Assembly (NCBI GenBank): GCA_907165135.1
Contig: OU015566.1
Coordinates: 6,510,001 to 6,574,000, forward strand
DNA from: Oikopleura dioica
Lineage: Eukaryota; Animalia; Chordata
Length of the DNA stretch: 64,000 nt
Direction: 5' to 3'
Below are positions 10,900 through 24,494 of the stretch, piece by piece. The notes under the pieces were generated by a model. It ran no database searches. It had not been told where the DNA came from and was given only the letters and a program-made list of their open reading frames with translations. Made by a program: the position numbers and the translations under genes. Within the stretch, counting starts at the first letter, position 1, and the number at the start of each line of letters is the position of its first letter.

Positions 10900-12010
10900 C
10901 TTGAATGACTGATTACCTGCTGCTCGTTATCGCCTGTTTGATAAGTTTGCCGACGGCCAATAAGCTTTCGGACCATTGTCTCGTCTTGGAGTTCTTCTGA
11001 TTCGGGGTTCAACATCGAATTAGTTAAAATTGGCAGTTTTATGATTGTTTTTCAATCCCATTCCTAATCCGTCGAGGCGCATTTCCTCGAGGATGCCTTG
11101 AAAATCCAGCGCTCCTAGATTTACTCCGTGAGCGTAGAGATCACGGAGGCCTTGATGTATCTGTTCCCGGACGAGCTCATCCTCAAAAGCCGCTTAGTGG
11201 TGTTCTATTACTGTAACTAAGCAACTAACTAAGCATGAGATAATTCAGTCCTGTTTTCGCAAAAATTGAATTTTCAACTATTTGACACTTTTTTCTGGGT
11301 CAATAATCGGGTTTTTCAAGTTCAATTTTAATTTTGAAATCATACCTTTGCTTCCCAGCCGTAGGGATGAGCAAAGCGAATCGTAATGTTGAGCTGTCCT
11401 CTAAACTGCTTGTGCTTGAGCAGTTCTTTCTCCACCCTAGGTGAATGGATAAGCCAGTCCGTAGATATCTATCACTGTACCTGATAAGATTCAAGAGGCT
11501 CTGAGCTGTTGTCGAAAGTGGGCTTGAGGACATGATAATGTCCACGTTCAGCTAAATTATTTATCAACAGCCTGTAAAAACTACTGTCTGATATTGCGCT
11601 GGAATTCATTTAGGTCAAATACTAGAAAAAACAGCAAGAATGTCTGTTAGACATAAAAAGATAAAATCCTTATTTTGATTTTTGTCTATTAATCTACGTT
11701 TTCAACCTATTTTAACCCCAAAAATGACTGTAAAAAGCTGTCTGTAGCGAAAAAATATACCTCGATAGCTTCTACATGCGGAACACGTGACTCCCAATCT
11801 GAACGAGAAGGCTTGAAAAGTGATTATTGAAAAGTAGCTTACCTGATTTCATCAAGTCGTAGACGAACATCTGAGCCGCGGAGTCGTTCTTGCCACCAAT
11901 GCACCTGCTGCGAAAAAGAACGTGCTCACGGTCGGTGAACAGGTCCACATATGAGATTTCGGTTTTGACGACTGCCAGCGTCGCAGATTTATTGTCTTAG
12001 GGTTACAATT
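10900..12010 (-). CDS. Probable multi-exon host gene, unknown product (boundaries approximate)
   Basis: Several GT-AG-bounded open segments (e.g. AVVKTEISYVDLFTDREHVLFRSR; VEKELLKHKQFRGQLNITIRFAHPYGWEAK; AFEDELVREQIHQGLRDLYAHG). Confidence 0.4.
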
Positions 12011-13807
12011 AGTTTCAAGCTGAAAAACAGCTCAATGCAAAGACGTCTCTTAGTTCGACCTTGAACAAAAATACACTTCGAGAACATCAATTATCAACAT
12101 CGTATATTTTTCAATCGACGATCCCGAAATTACTGTTTGTTCATCCTACCTGGATCGAGGAAGAGCTTTGAGTAGACGTTCTCGCTCCAGCTCCTACAAT
12201 TTCCTCCGCTTAGTTCACCGGTCGTTGCTTCCAGCTCCCTAAAGTTCAAGTTGGCTACTGATCAAAATGCTCCTGCTCAATGGTTGTATTCCGGAAGGAG
12301 TTTTCAACCAAGAGCGTTGACAAGCGCGGGTTCGATTATGCGCTTCATTATGGAAACAATTCAGAGTCATGTCCGTTTCTAATAGCCACTGAAGCTGGGT
12401 GGCTTTCAAGGAACTTCAAATCTGACAGCTATTGCGAAAGAAAATATTTCGAACGGCGAAACACGTCAGGTTTCGATTCTTTTATTGCTCAACTCAATTT
12501 CCATGTCGACGCTCATTTGCCAGGAAAAATAATTTCATTTGAATAAATTGAACATTAGCCGCAATTCAAAAAATCGTGACTTGGATTCGAAAAAACGTGA
12601 ATAAATACTAGCAGTTGTTTTAGAAAAAAAATGGAAGGAAAGTGCTATCTTAGTACTCGTTAGTTGCGTCCCTTTGTTGACACCGGCCGACAAATCCGGA
12701 TACAGGAACCTTCTACCGGTAGAAATTCACGACCATACAACATCCCTTTTTTGACCGCAGCGTTTTGACCGTCCCTGATTCACCCTGCCCAGGATTGTTG
12801 CGAAATTACCAAAAAATAAAGCAAAAAACGATTATCTATTTTAGTTCCTTCTTTAGCAGAAGAATCAACTCAATGTTAATCAAGGAGAATTAATAAACTT
12901 AATCCTCTGTTAGCAAAAAGGATAAGACATTCTCGGTACGGTTTTAGCCCGCGTATCGGCTCTAGTGATAAGGAGGTTTCTTGAGTTTAGGAGAAAAATA
13001 GAGAACTTACTGTTGCTGCAAATCTTGAACTTGCTCTTGTGGTATGAACTCCTGTTGTTGTGTCTAAAATCTTCCTTGAAAATCAACACTTTTTCTCGTT
13101 TCTTACCGGGGTCAAATTTAATTTCTTTCTGAGCTTTTTGAACATCTTCTGATCTCTGTATCTCTCTCTTTCCTTAGTACAGGACTAGCTAATTTTTCAA
13201 AAAAGGCTCGAAAAAAAGAAGCGTGCTTTCTCAAACTTGCTTTGAGAGAGTAAATTATTGAGCAAGGAAGAGGACTGGTTTAAAATTCAAGCTGTTGAAA
13301 AATCAAGCTAATTGAAAATTCTAGCTTTCTTTCTAAAACCAAAACCAAGTGCGCTAAAAGTGATGAGATGATCCATTCAGGGATTAATTTATGCATTAGA
13401 TCAATATTAAAGAACCCCCGTTCGATTAAAATTGAAGTACTTCCGATCCAAGCTTGTTTACTGTAATGAATCGGGCTGAAAACTGCTTGAACTTTGATGC
13501 ACCACACCCTTCTAAAGAAAACTTCTACCGGGAAGGATTGAGGGCCCAACCAAGGGTCTTCTGGTAACCCGCAACAAATTTCTAACCAGACAACAACATC
13601 GTAAGTAATCCGCTTTACGGGCGAGCTTAGTCGAAACCATAAATCGCTGAAAATGCCTCTCAGACTTCAGGTAAAAAATCGGCTCTTTTCTGAAATGACA
13701 CGCCCTTGGTTCGGGTCGTTTTCTACTACTTTCGATCATTTACTCGAAAACGCTTTTATTTGACAAAAAAGTATATATATCTTAAAATAAAAACAGCAAA
13801 GTGATAA

Positions 13808-14598
13808 TTATTGAGTAGTGAGGATGAACATAAAATATCCATCAACAGGGTTGTCATTTTTCAGGTGAAAGAAGACGACTTCGCCAGCATCTCCAAGTTC
13901 GACGTTTTCAAAGTTGGTCATTGAGAAGTTGGGATCGGTCATATTCATTCCACCACATTTCTTATTGTCGTTAATCGCCAAATATTCGTGTCCACAGCTG
14001 GTCATGTCGGTAGTTAGGTCTTATATCGGGTTAAATTGTTTGTTTTGGGCCTCGCAATGCATCACATTTTAACCCTTTACTGTAATTTCAGTGCTATTTG
14101 CGTTGAAGAAGAAACTCGTCGACGCGACAAAGATCTTCTCGTCCTTCTTTGGGATAAGTTTGAGGTGGCAGTCGCTGACGGGGATATCAGAATCGCCCGA
14201 CATAACGACCTGCATTTCTTCTTGAGCGAGAATTTGTCCTTCTGCGTTGAAGAGGTTTGGCGACCTTGATTGAAGAATAATAGCTTTGATAGCAGTGGGA
14301 TAAAACTTATGCGATCACAAACATGTTGTCTTGGGCACCAGGAAATTTCTCGGCATCCCAATCTTCGTCTCCGACAAAAAAGTGAGCAGGCTTTTCAGCA
14401 CTTGACTTTGGTTGGCAAACATTAGTGTATGGCTTTAAATGTTCAAATTGTATTCTCATCAAATTATATTTTTGATAAGAAAGTAAGTTGGAACATTTCC
14501 TGCTTGAGTCTATGTCCATGGCCAGTTAAAAATTTCACGAGAAAAAAAATTCCGACAACAAGAATGCCGATTATGGCTCCGACGACTTTTTTATGCAT
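13808..14598 (-). CDS. Type II membrane/secreted protein with a CUB-like C-terminal segment
   Basis: N-terminal hydrophobic anchor MHKKVVGAIIGILVVGIFFLVKFL; last exon CGHEYLAINDNKKCG. Confidence 0.45.
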
Positions 14599-14764
14599 TT
14601 TCTCTTTTGTAAAAATCAACTAAAAGCATTCTTGCTCAACTTACTTATAAATATGCGTTCTAGAGACAGTTGACTAAAATCTGGTTTATTACCGCTAAAG
14701 GGTTAAATAATCAATTGTTGTGCAGTGACGAATGTATGAATTTGGAGAATTGTTCTTGCTAGAG

Positions 14765-16737
14765 TCAGTTTCTGTTCCATCCGAAGTCTTGGTTGATTTT
14801 CTTGAAGAATGCGTTGTTGTAGATGTAGAAGAACTGCTTGAGTTTCTTCCTCAAATTGGTCGAAATCGGCGGATGCTCCCGACCCTTGCTCTAAAATGAA
14901 AATTAACGTGAGTCTGTTCCTCACCGCGGCGAAACAACTTCTGCTAGATCCTTCCTCCCCCGATCGAGTCAAAAGTGGTGCTTAGCCGCAACGACAAAAA
15001 AAAATACGCAGCACAAAGTTACCTTATTCAAACATTTTGGACGGCCAGGGCCCTTTCCGTTATTCATGCAATAGAAACCGCGAGTTGAGTTGAAATAGAA
15101 CTCCGACTCGTCCACCAGATTTGGCAGCTCTAGGAAATCTTCCACTTTTTGAACACTAAAAAGCAATTTATAATTTATTTATTGAAAATATTTATTCGGT
15201 TAAAATTGAATAATCAATAATTGAAATTATTAAAAAATATTTGTTCAATTTATAAAAGAAGTCTGTTATGGTTTCTTTTTATACAGCTCGTTAATTTTAC
15301 CTCTTCCAAGGATATTCCACGAGTTCATTTGCATCAATCACCAAAATCCTTCCTCTGAAAAGCTAAAACTCTTATTTAACTTTTAGCTCTAAATTTAACC
15401 CTAACCCTGTGCCAGTTTCTATACCACTTGAGATAGATGCTGGTCCTCACAGCACTATGATGTCGGTTCACTCTTCCTCCTCGGTTCAAAATTCGATCTT
15501 CTAACGTTTCAGATGGCGGTGGCAGCCCCTTTTTGACTCGGTTCTCCAAGATTTGCGCCCAGCTTGACACTATTCGGTCGACGGGGTCGCGAACGACAAG
15601 AATGATCTTGTCTGGGCGCAAAAAATTGAGCTACTGTGGTCTCCCCGCCACGTTGCGATTTGTAATTTTGGTGAAAAAAAGTAAACGAGTAATCATTTTT
15701 CGCGCCCCCTTGATGGAGTTGTCGATGTAGCCCTTGTTCATCAGCTCTTTGAGTCGGTTTGGAGCATCAGCGCTATAATTATTAAGTCATCCGGAGACTC
15801 TAGCTTTTTGACAAAATTGGAGAGCTAGGCCAAATAAGAATGACCTAGAAAAATTTTTATTCTTTATGAGAAATTTAGTTTTTATGGTTTTTGAAAATTT
15901 ACCTTATAAAATAACCAGGAGTCTTTTCCATGGTCACCTGACTAGGCAGACTGAGAGGCATTTGTTGACGATACCAAGTCGTTCCTTTTTGGAAATTTTC
16001 CTTGTCGTTGAAGAAGTGAATTTCGCGCTCTAGGTGCCGAATAAAGAGTCATTTTACGGTGGGATTTAACGTCACCTGCGTGTACGATCTGAGGATGAAG
16101 ACCGCAAAACTGCAGCAAAGCTCTTGTTCCGCATTTGCGTACGCCAACAATTATTGCTGAAGATTAGATTTTTTGAACATGCAAGCTTCTTTTTAACCCC
16201 TTGCCGTAGCTCAACCAAAAAATTGGTGAAACAAAAATCTTGTTTATCACCTTTTGGGAAGCGCTTTTCGGAGATATCAGAGTACTCATTTACAGCGTAT
16301 TCTTCATATTCCTCGTCACCGTACTTTTCGGAGATTACGAAGCATTTATTTTAATATTTTGGTTTTGAATGGTATCAACGCCAAGGAGTTAGATAAAACC
16401 AAACTCATGACGAAAATTACTGATAAAAACTGCTCTTATCATTTTTCGCTACTCAAAACGCGGCTATTTGGGTACAAAATTGATGATTTCGTAATTTTTC
16501 CTCAGATTCATCGGCTTTTTCTCTGCCCTCAACTTCTCTTTCAAAAATTAGGAATGAAAAAAGCAAGGCAAGAAGCATTTGGAATAGAAAGCGAAAAAGA
16601 GCGAATTGAATGTTTTGGGCCGGTAGTGAAAGATGCGCCAAAGAATACAACTGTTGAACTTGAACGAGCCGCGAGTTTGCGCTTCCAACATCAAAGGGAA
16701 GGACAGAGTCAACAAGGGATGAGGAATGGACACACAC
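14765..16737 (-). CDS. HS3ST: Heparan sulfate glucosamine 3-O-sulfotransferase-like
   Basis: 5'-PSB motif GVRKCGTRALL; 3'-PB motif ILVVRDPVDRIVS; C-terminal QKVEDFLEL..FYFNSTRGFYC..KCL..KGRGHP typical of the family. Confidence 0.88.
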
Positions 16738-19700
16738 ATATAAAATAGCTTGTGGCTGGAATCATCAATTTTAATTTTTTGGTTAGCCCTAGGGTTAGGG
16801 TTAGGGTTGGGTTCAATCAGCAAGTACCAATGGGTGGCCGTCCAAACACTGTAAATTTCATATTAATAAATTCAATTTGGTGAGCAAACGAAAAAATATG
16901 TATATTATTAATGAAAAAACTTTCTTATGGTTTTTATGTCAAAAACTGTATCAAACAGAAAACGCTTAACATTGATGGCCACTTAATAAATCCCTTCCAG
17001 CTGAAAATAATAAAGGCCATTATCCCCATATTTTGACGACCCGTACTTCCGATAATAAATCCAATGTCGAGATATTTTTTCGCGCGCTCATTTAATCCCC
17101 TGATGTTCCTTCTTTGCCTTTTTAAAAGCTGTTAAATTGATACGAGTAATTCTTGGTGAATTCGAATTTTAAGACCGTTTAGTTTGTATTTAGAAAATAA
17201 GCAAAAGAAGATCTTAAATTGGTCACCTGAAGATGGGCGATTAAAGTTCCAGAGATCGGTCAGGTCCCTCTTTCCGGTGACACGTGCGCCGAAATTTCGG
17301 TGGTGTCAACACCAGTTGATCGATGGTGGAGGTGCCGCGGTCTGGCGCAAAACCAAACAGATGCACATTCGTTTGCCCAAGAAATATACTTTTCGTGATT
17401 TATAAATAGCCAATTATGGCAAAACATCTTATTTTCGGTGTTCAATCTTATTTTCATCAAATTTTAATGAAGTGACACCCTTATTTTCACTTCAAAATAA
17501 TGGTTCTTTGTCCGACTGAAAATAAGGGTGTCACTAAAGAAAATTTGAAAGTTTGGGTTTCTTGAGAGTCAGGATTAAGGAGGTAGAAACAGCTTTCTCG
17601 ATTTTGGACTGCTGCTACATAAAAGAAAGTATAAGATTTATTTATGTTCACGGAATTTCCTCATAAATGTTCCTAGAAAAAGGGTTGAGCTTAACAAAAA
17701 TGTGAATGAAATTTGTTTAACTATCAGGGGACTCGAGATATTCTTGTTTGAAAATTGGCGAAAATCGAGAATTTCGGAGAGATGAGCTGCTTCTGAGCCC
17801 GCTTACTCAAAAAATTGATGACTAAAACCAATTTTGAGGGAGATGTTCCTAGATCTAAGATGTATCTATCTAAATATGAAGAGAAAAATTGAAAATGTAA
17901 GATTCTCTTGTCTGTAGCGCTGGTCAAAAATCGTCTTTTTTCGAAAAAAGCTGTTTCTACCCCCTTAATGATCCCTTTCTTTTGGTTATTAAAATTTTCC
18001 AGGAAAGTTAAGGGTATCATCGGCTTTTGCTTTGATTTGTTGGCAGCTCTGTCTGTCGGATTAAGACACCCAAGATCATCGTTAAGAATTTCGTCGGCGG
18101 GATCTAAAATAAAAAATGAGCCTAATCCGATTGGCAATAATTCTTTCACGCGCTCAACTGCCCACTCGATTTTGGTGTAAACTTCTCACCAGCTGGTCAA
18201 AGCCGCCGCTACTCAAGGCGAAGGTGAATTTCAAGATCTGTGATTATAAAAATTATAATTTATGTGTAGGGAAATGCGAGCATGTGAGAAAAAGGAAAGT
18301 TGCGTTGAGACATTCTGCGGTTTTTCGATGGCTAGAATTAAGGAGATATTAGAAGAATGATACACAGTTACGAGTTGATATGATACCTCAATAATTTATT
18401 GATAAATTACTGAGCCCTCAATTCTTAAATCAACTCTCTTTTGGTCATTTTCAGAAGTTTTAGGGACAATCTTATAACAGGTATTCAATACTTGCGATAA
18501 ATGATATTTCGTTTAGTAAATACCTTCCATAAAATTGCCTTTTATACTTCTGAAAATGACAAAAAAAGAGTTGATTTTCGAATTGAAGGCTCAGTATTAC
18601 TGAGTCAGTAATTTGTCAATAAACTGATTTGAAATGACAAATGATCAAATCAGTAGTCTTTAAATTTTTAAGAGTAAAGTACTTACCTCTTTATCTTTAT
18701 TTGTAATAACATCTTTCTTTCTACCGGGTGGGGACAAATGAATCAGGAGGAAATTTAACTAGACTCATCAAAGAGTCCTAGGAGAAAAATACCAATTCTC
18801 ACGGGTTTTTAAATTATTATGGTTTCTGCATTTTTTCAATTTTTGGCAAAATCCAGAGCTTTTTTTCTTCTGCACTTGCCAAATTATACAGCTGTTTCAG
18901 CGTTCAAAGGCGCTAATTTCAAAACGGAAACGTCCTCCCATTTGATCCACTTCCGCTGCAATCACTTAATATTGTAGATTTTATTTTCATGCATTAGTGA
19001 GCATTGTGAGATGCTGGATCGTAAAATTAACGAGGAATAATGTGTATAATTTGGATAAGCGAGCCAATTTGGTCTTCAAATTGTCTCAACTGCTTCAGAT
19101 TTTTACTTTCAACCCGATCCAATGTAAATATGCGCCACAAGGGGGGAGCACACGCCCAAGGCGATCGAGGAAATTTCCGATTTTAGCAGCAATTCTTTTT
19201 AATTAATTGTTTATGAGAGCCATAAATTATGGCCCATAACTTGTTTTTCATTTTTCCTTTTATATAGTTTTTTGATCAAATGCTCTTGAGAAAGAAGACC
19301 AAGTTTTAAATTTTCGTTTTGTCATAGGAGAAGAGCAGACGAATTTGGCCTTGTATCAAATCGTCATCATATTTGTCATTTAAGTCTCCCTCGTTTCGCT
19401 GCACTTGAGTATCAATTTTTGTATTTTCAACCATCAAGTATCTACGCCTCTTTGAGAAGGTCAAAATTCTGGCAAATTCATCATTCAAGTTTATGAAGCA
19501 CCAGAAATCGACTCATTAGTTCCACTCGAACTTCCGCTGATGATGTATTTTCAAGGTTTGAGGGTCGATTTGGCGGAAACATTAGTTTTGGCGAGTGTCC
19601 ACTCTTCTCCGCCCGTTTTTTGCCGACTTAGATAAGCAGGTCAAAAATTACAATCCCTAAATACAATTACCAAAGGCGGTACTTGGCGGTATTTTGCCAA

Positions 19701-21468
19701 GGAATGCAGCCGCCCGGAAATGGAACTTCCATAGGGATGAAGAAATCGGGAAAGGAGATGACCGTGAAATTGTTACGGAAAGTGATAAGTAAAAAATGGG
19801 CTTTTCGCTGATAAGAATGGCAAAAATTAAGTTTTATACTGTAACAAAAGCTCAATACTTTACTACAGGAAGTGTTCTGTGAGACAGTAACTGTCAGAAA
19901 TGACTGTGGAAAGAAAATCTGACATCTTGGATACATAAACCTGGCGGTAACGCGGAGCTTCCGCCCCAAGCTGAGGCAAATAAAACGTATATTTACGCTG
20001 TATTGGAAGATGAAAGACTTAAATTCTAGCGCTGCTTCACGCACTTTTCCGACCGCTCAAGAATGTCTCAAGTTGTAGTTGAATCAAACTGTGTTGGAAA
20101 CATCTTTTATCAAAGGGAGATGAATTTTCCTCTTTTGCTTTTTTAATTGAAAGAACTTGAACCTTCGGCGACCACAGAAATTAAGGGACACGGACGAGTG
20201 ACGCCACGCGGACGGGGCTGCGCCTGATCAAACAGGACTTTTACCCGGCTTTGACACAATGAATCGTTGTTTTAGAATGAAAACTAATGAGCTTAAACTG
20301 CTTCAGAATATTCAACTTAGTCACGTGACCTCGCAATTTCTCGCTCAAAAAAGGGATTTAATTACAAGCAGAAGGCTGTTTTCTGCACTTTTCTGTCGAG
20401 CAACTCCTCCTTTTTGGAGGATTATGAGGTCAAGTACAGGGTGAATTGGTTTGTAAGTCCGCTGAGACGAGAGTGACTGCCCTTTTGGTCTTTTTAGCGG
20501 TGAATGGGGTCCCATTCTGGATCAAAGAGGGTACGCGGCCGAGTGCTCACGTGCCAAAGTACAGAAGAAATCACTCAACTCACTAAAAGCAAACTGAGTA
20601 TAAATTTCAGCATTTATGTCGCCGGAACCTCCACACCTGTTACAACATGTTTTTCTTTTGCTTTATTGCTGCTTCAATTCAATTTATCACTGGATTTCCA
20701 AAAATCAACAAGTCGGAAATTCAATCGAATGTCATAATCATAATCAATCGACAATGTTGTTTATTTATCAAAAAATAGCTTTAGAAAAAAAAATATGACT
20801 TGGCGTAATTTGAGAAGATAGAAGCAAGTCTTAGACATGATGTCTAACAGCCCAAGACAGCTGGATATTTGTCTGATACCGAGCGAAAAAAAAGCAATAA
20901 TGCCGGGTGTTTTTCTGGAGAATTCTTCATTTTGGTAAGGGCATTTTTGGTTTTAGCAAACCTCATGTCCTCGCTAAGCTAAGCCTCCTCCAGTTTTCAG
21001 TTTCCAGCTGGTGAAGAGCTGGAGCGCGTCGACCTTGAGATGCTCGGCTTTCTTGATCTGTGCGCTTGTTTGGCGCTGCGCGTGTGATTTCGAGCGCCGC
21101 GGCGAAATCCGTGAATCTCGGCTGCGGCCAAACTCGAATACTGCTTTTTCGATTTTCACCGATTTCCGTCGAGCTGTATCTCGAGCACCACCAACGAGCA
21201 CCAACTCGCGATTCAAGTGCAAACGAGTTAATTCAAGGTCCCTCGACAAAGCTAAAAAAATGATCAAATGAGGAAAATAAAATTGAAACTGAACAAAAAT
21301 TGAGAAAATGAAAAGTGAAAGAAGAAAATTGAAAGAGATTTTGAAATGAAGATTCCCTTTTATCTTTTGGGAACGAGTTTTGCTGGGACGCTGCCGAATT
21401 CTTGCCAAGGTACGAAAATATCAAAATCGATAAAAAAAATCATGCTTTCGCTAATTTTAGGGGGCGCA

Positions 21469-21710
21469 CTGACTATGGAATGTCAGGAATGTCAGGATTT
21501 TTCAATTTAGGGGTATAAGATGTGGGAAATTTTTCCACCAAAAAAATTTTTTTCGAGCAGTGAGAGTTGGGCCCCACCAACCCAATGAGTTTTCTACCAG
21601 AAAATGCATGCGTAAGGGCGTTTAGGCCCTAATGCATGCCCAATATCGTCAAATCTTTTTTCCCGATTTTGGCCAAATCCTGACATTCCTGACATTCCTG
21701 ACATAGTCAG
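21469..21710. mobile_element. MITE, ~242 bp
   Basis: TIRs CTGACTATG..(GAATGTCAG)2GATTT / AAATC(CTGACATTC)2..CATAGTCAG. Confidence 0.7.
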
Positions 21711-24494
21711 TATCCTCCAATTTTAGGGTTAAGGTTAGGGTCAGGGTTTGAGGGAGATTTTAGAAAATAAGACGAAAAATTGACCAAAAGGGTGAAAAAT
21801 GCAGTTATATAAATTCTAGCCGGGGTCTGGATTCGCTTGGCTTTCGCTTTTGAGGAAAATTTTCGCTTCGCTTCGCTTTCGCTTTTCATTTTTAGCCAAA
21901 ATCCAGACCCCTTTTCTAGCTTTAAAATTTCTCAACCCTTATCCCTTACCTTAACCCTAAACAAGACCCTAACCAGACCCTCATACCCTGAACCCCAAAA
22001 AATTGGTCAATTTGATTGAAACGGGTTAAATCTAGTTTTTCCGAAAGATAGTCGGATGATGCAATTGAAAATGATAAATAATTTTGTTGGCAATCTGGCC
22101 GGTATAAAATCACTAATTACCCTGTCCAAGATCGTAACTAACCTCCTCGCAAAATTATGATCCCAATGCATTACGGGCTGCAATTAGGCGCATCCTTCTG
22201 TGCCAAACTTCAACGCCAAGTGTGCAATTTATGGCTTTCCCTTGAGCCACTTCCGAAAACGCGCATTCCACAGCGCACAAAATGGCACGCTTGATAAAAC
22301 ACTCGAAATCGACATTTTTTCTTCGAAAAAGCGGAAACGAACTTTTAGACTCTTTCACAAGACTACAACCATAATCACTGTTTTTTCTTATAAGCCATGA
22401 TAAATTCCAACGTCTGATTGGCCAGTCAGTCAAATACAGGCATTTTATTGGCTAAAATCTTTCAGAATTTGTCTCTTGTCACATATTTTCAACCTGATTC
22501 GAAATCGAGTTATCTAAGCGACACCCTTATTTCGGGGGGGTCTTAGAAGGGCTTATCTAACTCTATAGATGATAATAAGGGTATCACTATGTTATTTTTT
22601 CGAAAAAATCTGCCGAAAAAAGAGTCTCGGAGAAAACGCTTTCCAATAAAAATAACCCCATTCATTATGATAAACTTAACCGTGAACATGAATCGAGCGT
22701 CCTTTAATCCAACCACAATGATCACTTTTTGATTAAATAGTCGAAAATCAACTTGGCCGGAAATCGACCTTGACTCATTACAATCATTACAAGTCAACAT
22801 TGACTTCTAACCCGGCCGCGTAATGACGATCGTAATGAGTCGCGAGCATCAGCCGAAAATGGGTTAAAGCGCTCTTCCGACCAAAGCGCTCCAAGTGCGC
22901 GAACAATTGAAAATAAAATACGATGATATGACATCGTCGGAGAAATCAAGCGGATTAGCCGCGTCGCGGCCATTTTCAAAATCAAGTGGCCTCTAATTCG
23001 CTCCTTATTGTCCGAGAACGGGAAGGGTGGAGATGACCTTGGCGGCGTAATTAATTATCGTATAGCAGGAGGGAGCTGTTAGTAGTGTAGAGTAGAATGT
23101 TAGTCAAGTTTAATTTCGAAGGATAATCGCTCTTTTCAGCCCTTTTTCGTCCATTTTTTGGTCTATTTTGCGTCAAAAAATCTCAAAAAATAACATATTT
23201 TTCAATTTTCTTTTCCCTAGTAAAAATTCCAAATAACCAAAAATTGCTTCCGTCTACCTCTTTTTTCTTATGTCTGAGGCGCCCCGGCTAGCGACCGCAA
23301 TTGAAATTTTTGACAGGCTGGCTCTGAGGAATTATGCCAAGGAAATTCTTGTTGAACAAGGAAAAAATCTTTAAAATTCAGAATAAGGAAACGCAGGAAA
23401 TGGCATAATCAGCATGTCTTAGGGTTAGAAATCAGGGCTTTGATTTTGAAATGGATTATTTTAAGGGTGTCACTTTCGTAAATCGTGATTTTCTTAGCGA
23501 TACTAGAAGACTTTTCAGAGCAGTCTGGTTTTCTGAAAAGACCCTTAAAGAATAAACAAAAGCAAGAATTTAAAATTCGCAAAGAAACTCGGTAAGAGTT
23601 ATGTCTCGAGAATTCTAAAAAGATCAGCCATATTTGACAAGATTACCACGCGGGGGTTAAATTTGAGCTAAATGTTGTTTACACGGCTTCTTCCGCATAT
23701 GACAACGGGTACAATGGCAGTGGACAACGAATTCGACAAATAAGTGGATCAAGACTCTAATAGAAACATCTTTTGTTTTGACAAGCCAAATTTTAATGAA
23801 ATCCTAATGATTTTTTTCATCTTTTATTAGAAAAAGTTTCAGCAAAAAAATGAGGAACAGTATTTTTGAAATTTTGTTTTTTATGTAAAATTATGATTGA
23901 TGAGCCAAAACGAGTGGATTTCATAAAAAAAGGATTCGGCAATGAGCCACGAAGACTGAGTAAAAAATTCTGTCGGAACGAATCAGAAAAGGGGCCAAAA
24001 GCATGTTCATGATTCCTTGGACCGCTAAATGAGGGCGGAGCATGTTTCTGAATTCAACTACCTGGCAGCCTAGCCCTTCCAAAAAATATATGTATCTGGT
24101 TTGAACAGCGATGCCCAAGATTGTCAATTTTGATAATCAAATCGACAATTGTGGGACTAACTCAATTTATGGACGTGTATTTTTGGATAACCAATGATAT
24201 TGCTGTATTTGGCCTACCAGCCAATGAAATCCCTGATCCAGAAAATCACTTTCATCAATTGGTTTAACCCTAATTTTGGGCCCATAAAAACGTACAGCAA
24301 GTACATTTAATTTTCACTAAACTCAGCTTAGCTGTATTAATTCCAGTCTGAGTGACAGTAACCCTTCAGATTATAAGATTTAGCCAACAGTCCGACAACT
24401 TTTCTAAGGGTCGATAAGACCAAGGATATCATAAGCGATTTATAAGACTGTCCGTCAGACAATTATCGAGAAAGATAAAGATTGTCGTTTTTAG

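Noticed and set aside
12280-12546. Weak resemblance to an HSF DNA-binding helix (KYF..SFIAQLN)
   Set aside because: Only a few residues match, and the flanking conserved HSF motifs are missing.
17100-21410. Exon-like segments on the minus strand
   Set aside because: Probably a host gene, but I could not assemble a consistent frame or recognise a domain, so it is not listed.
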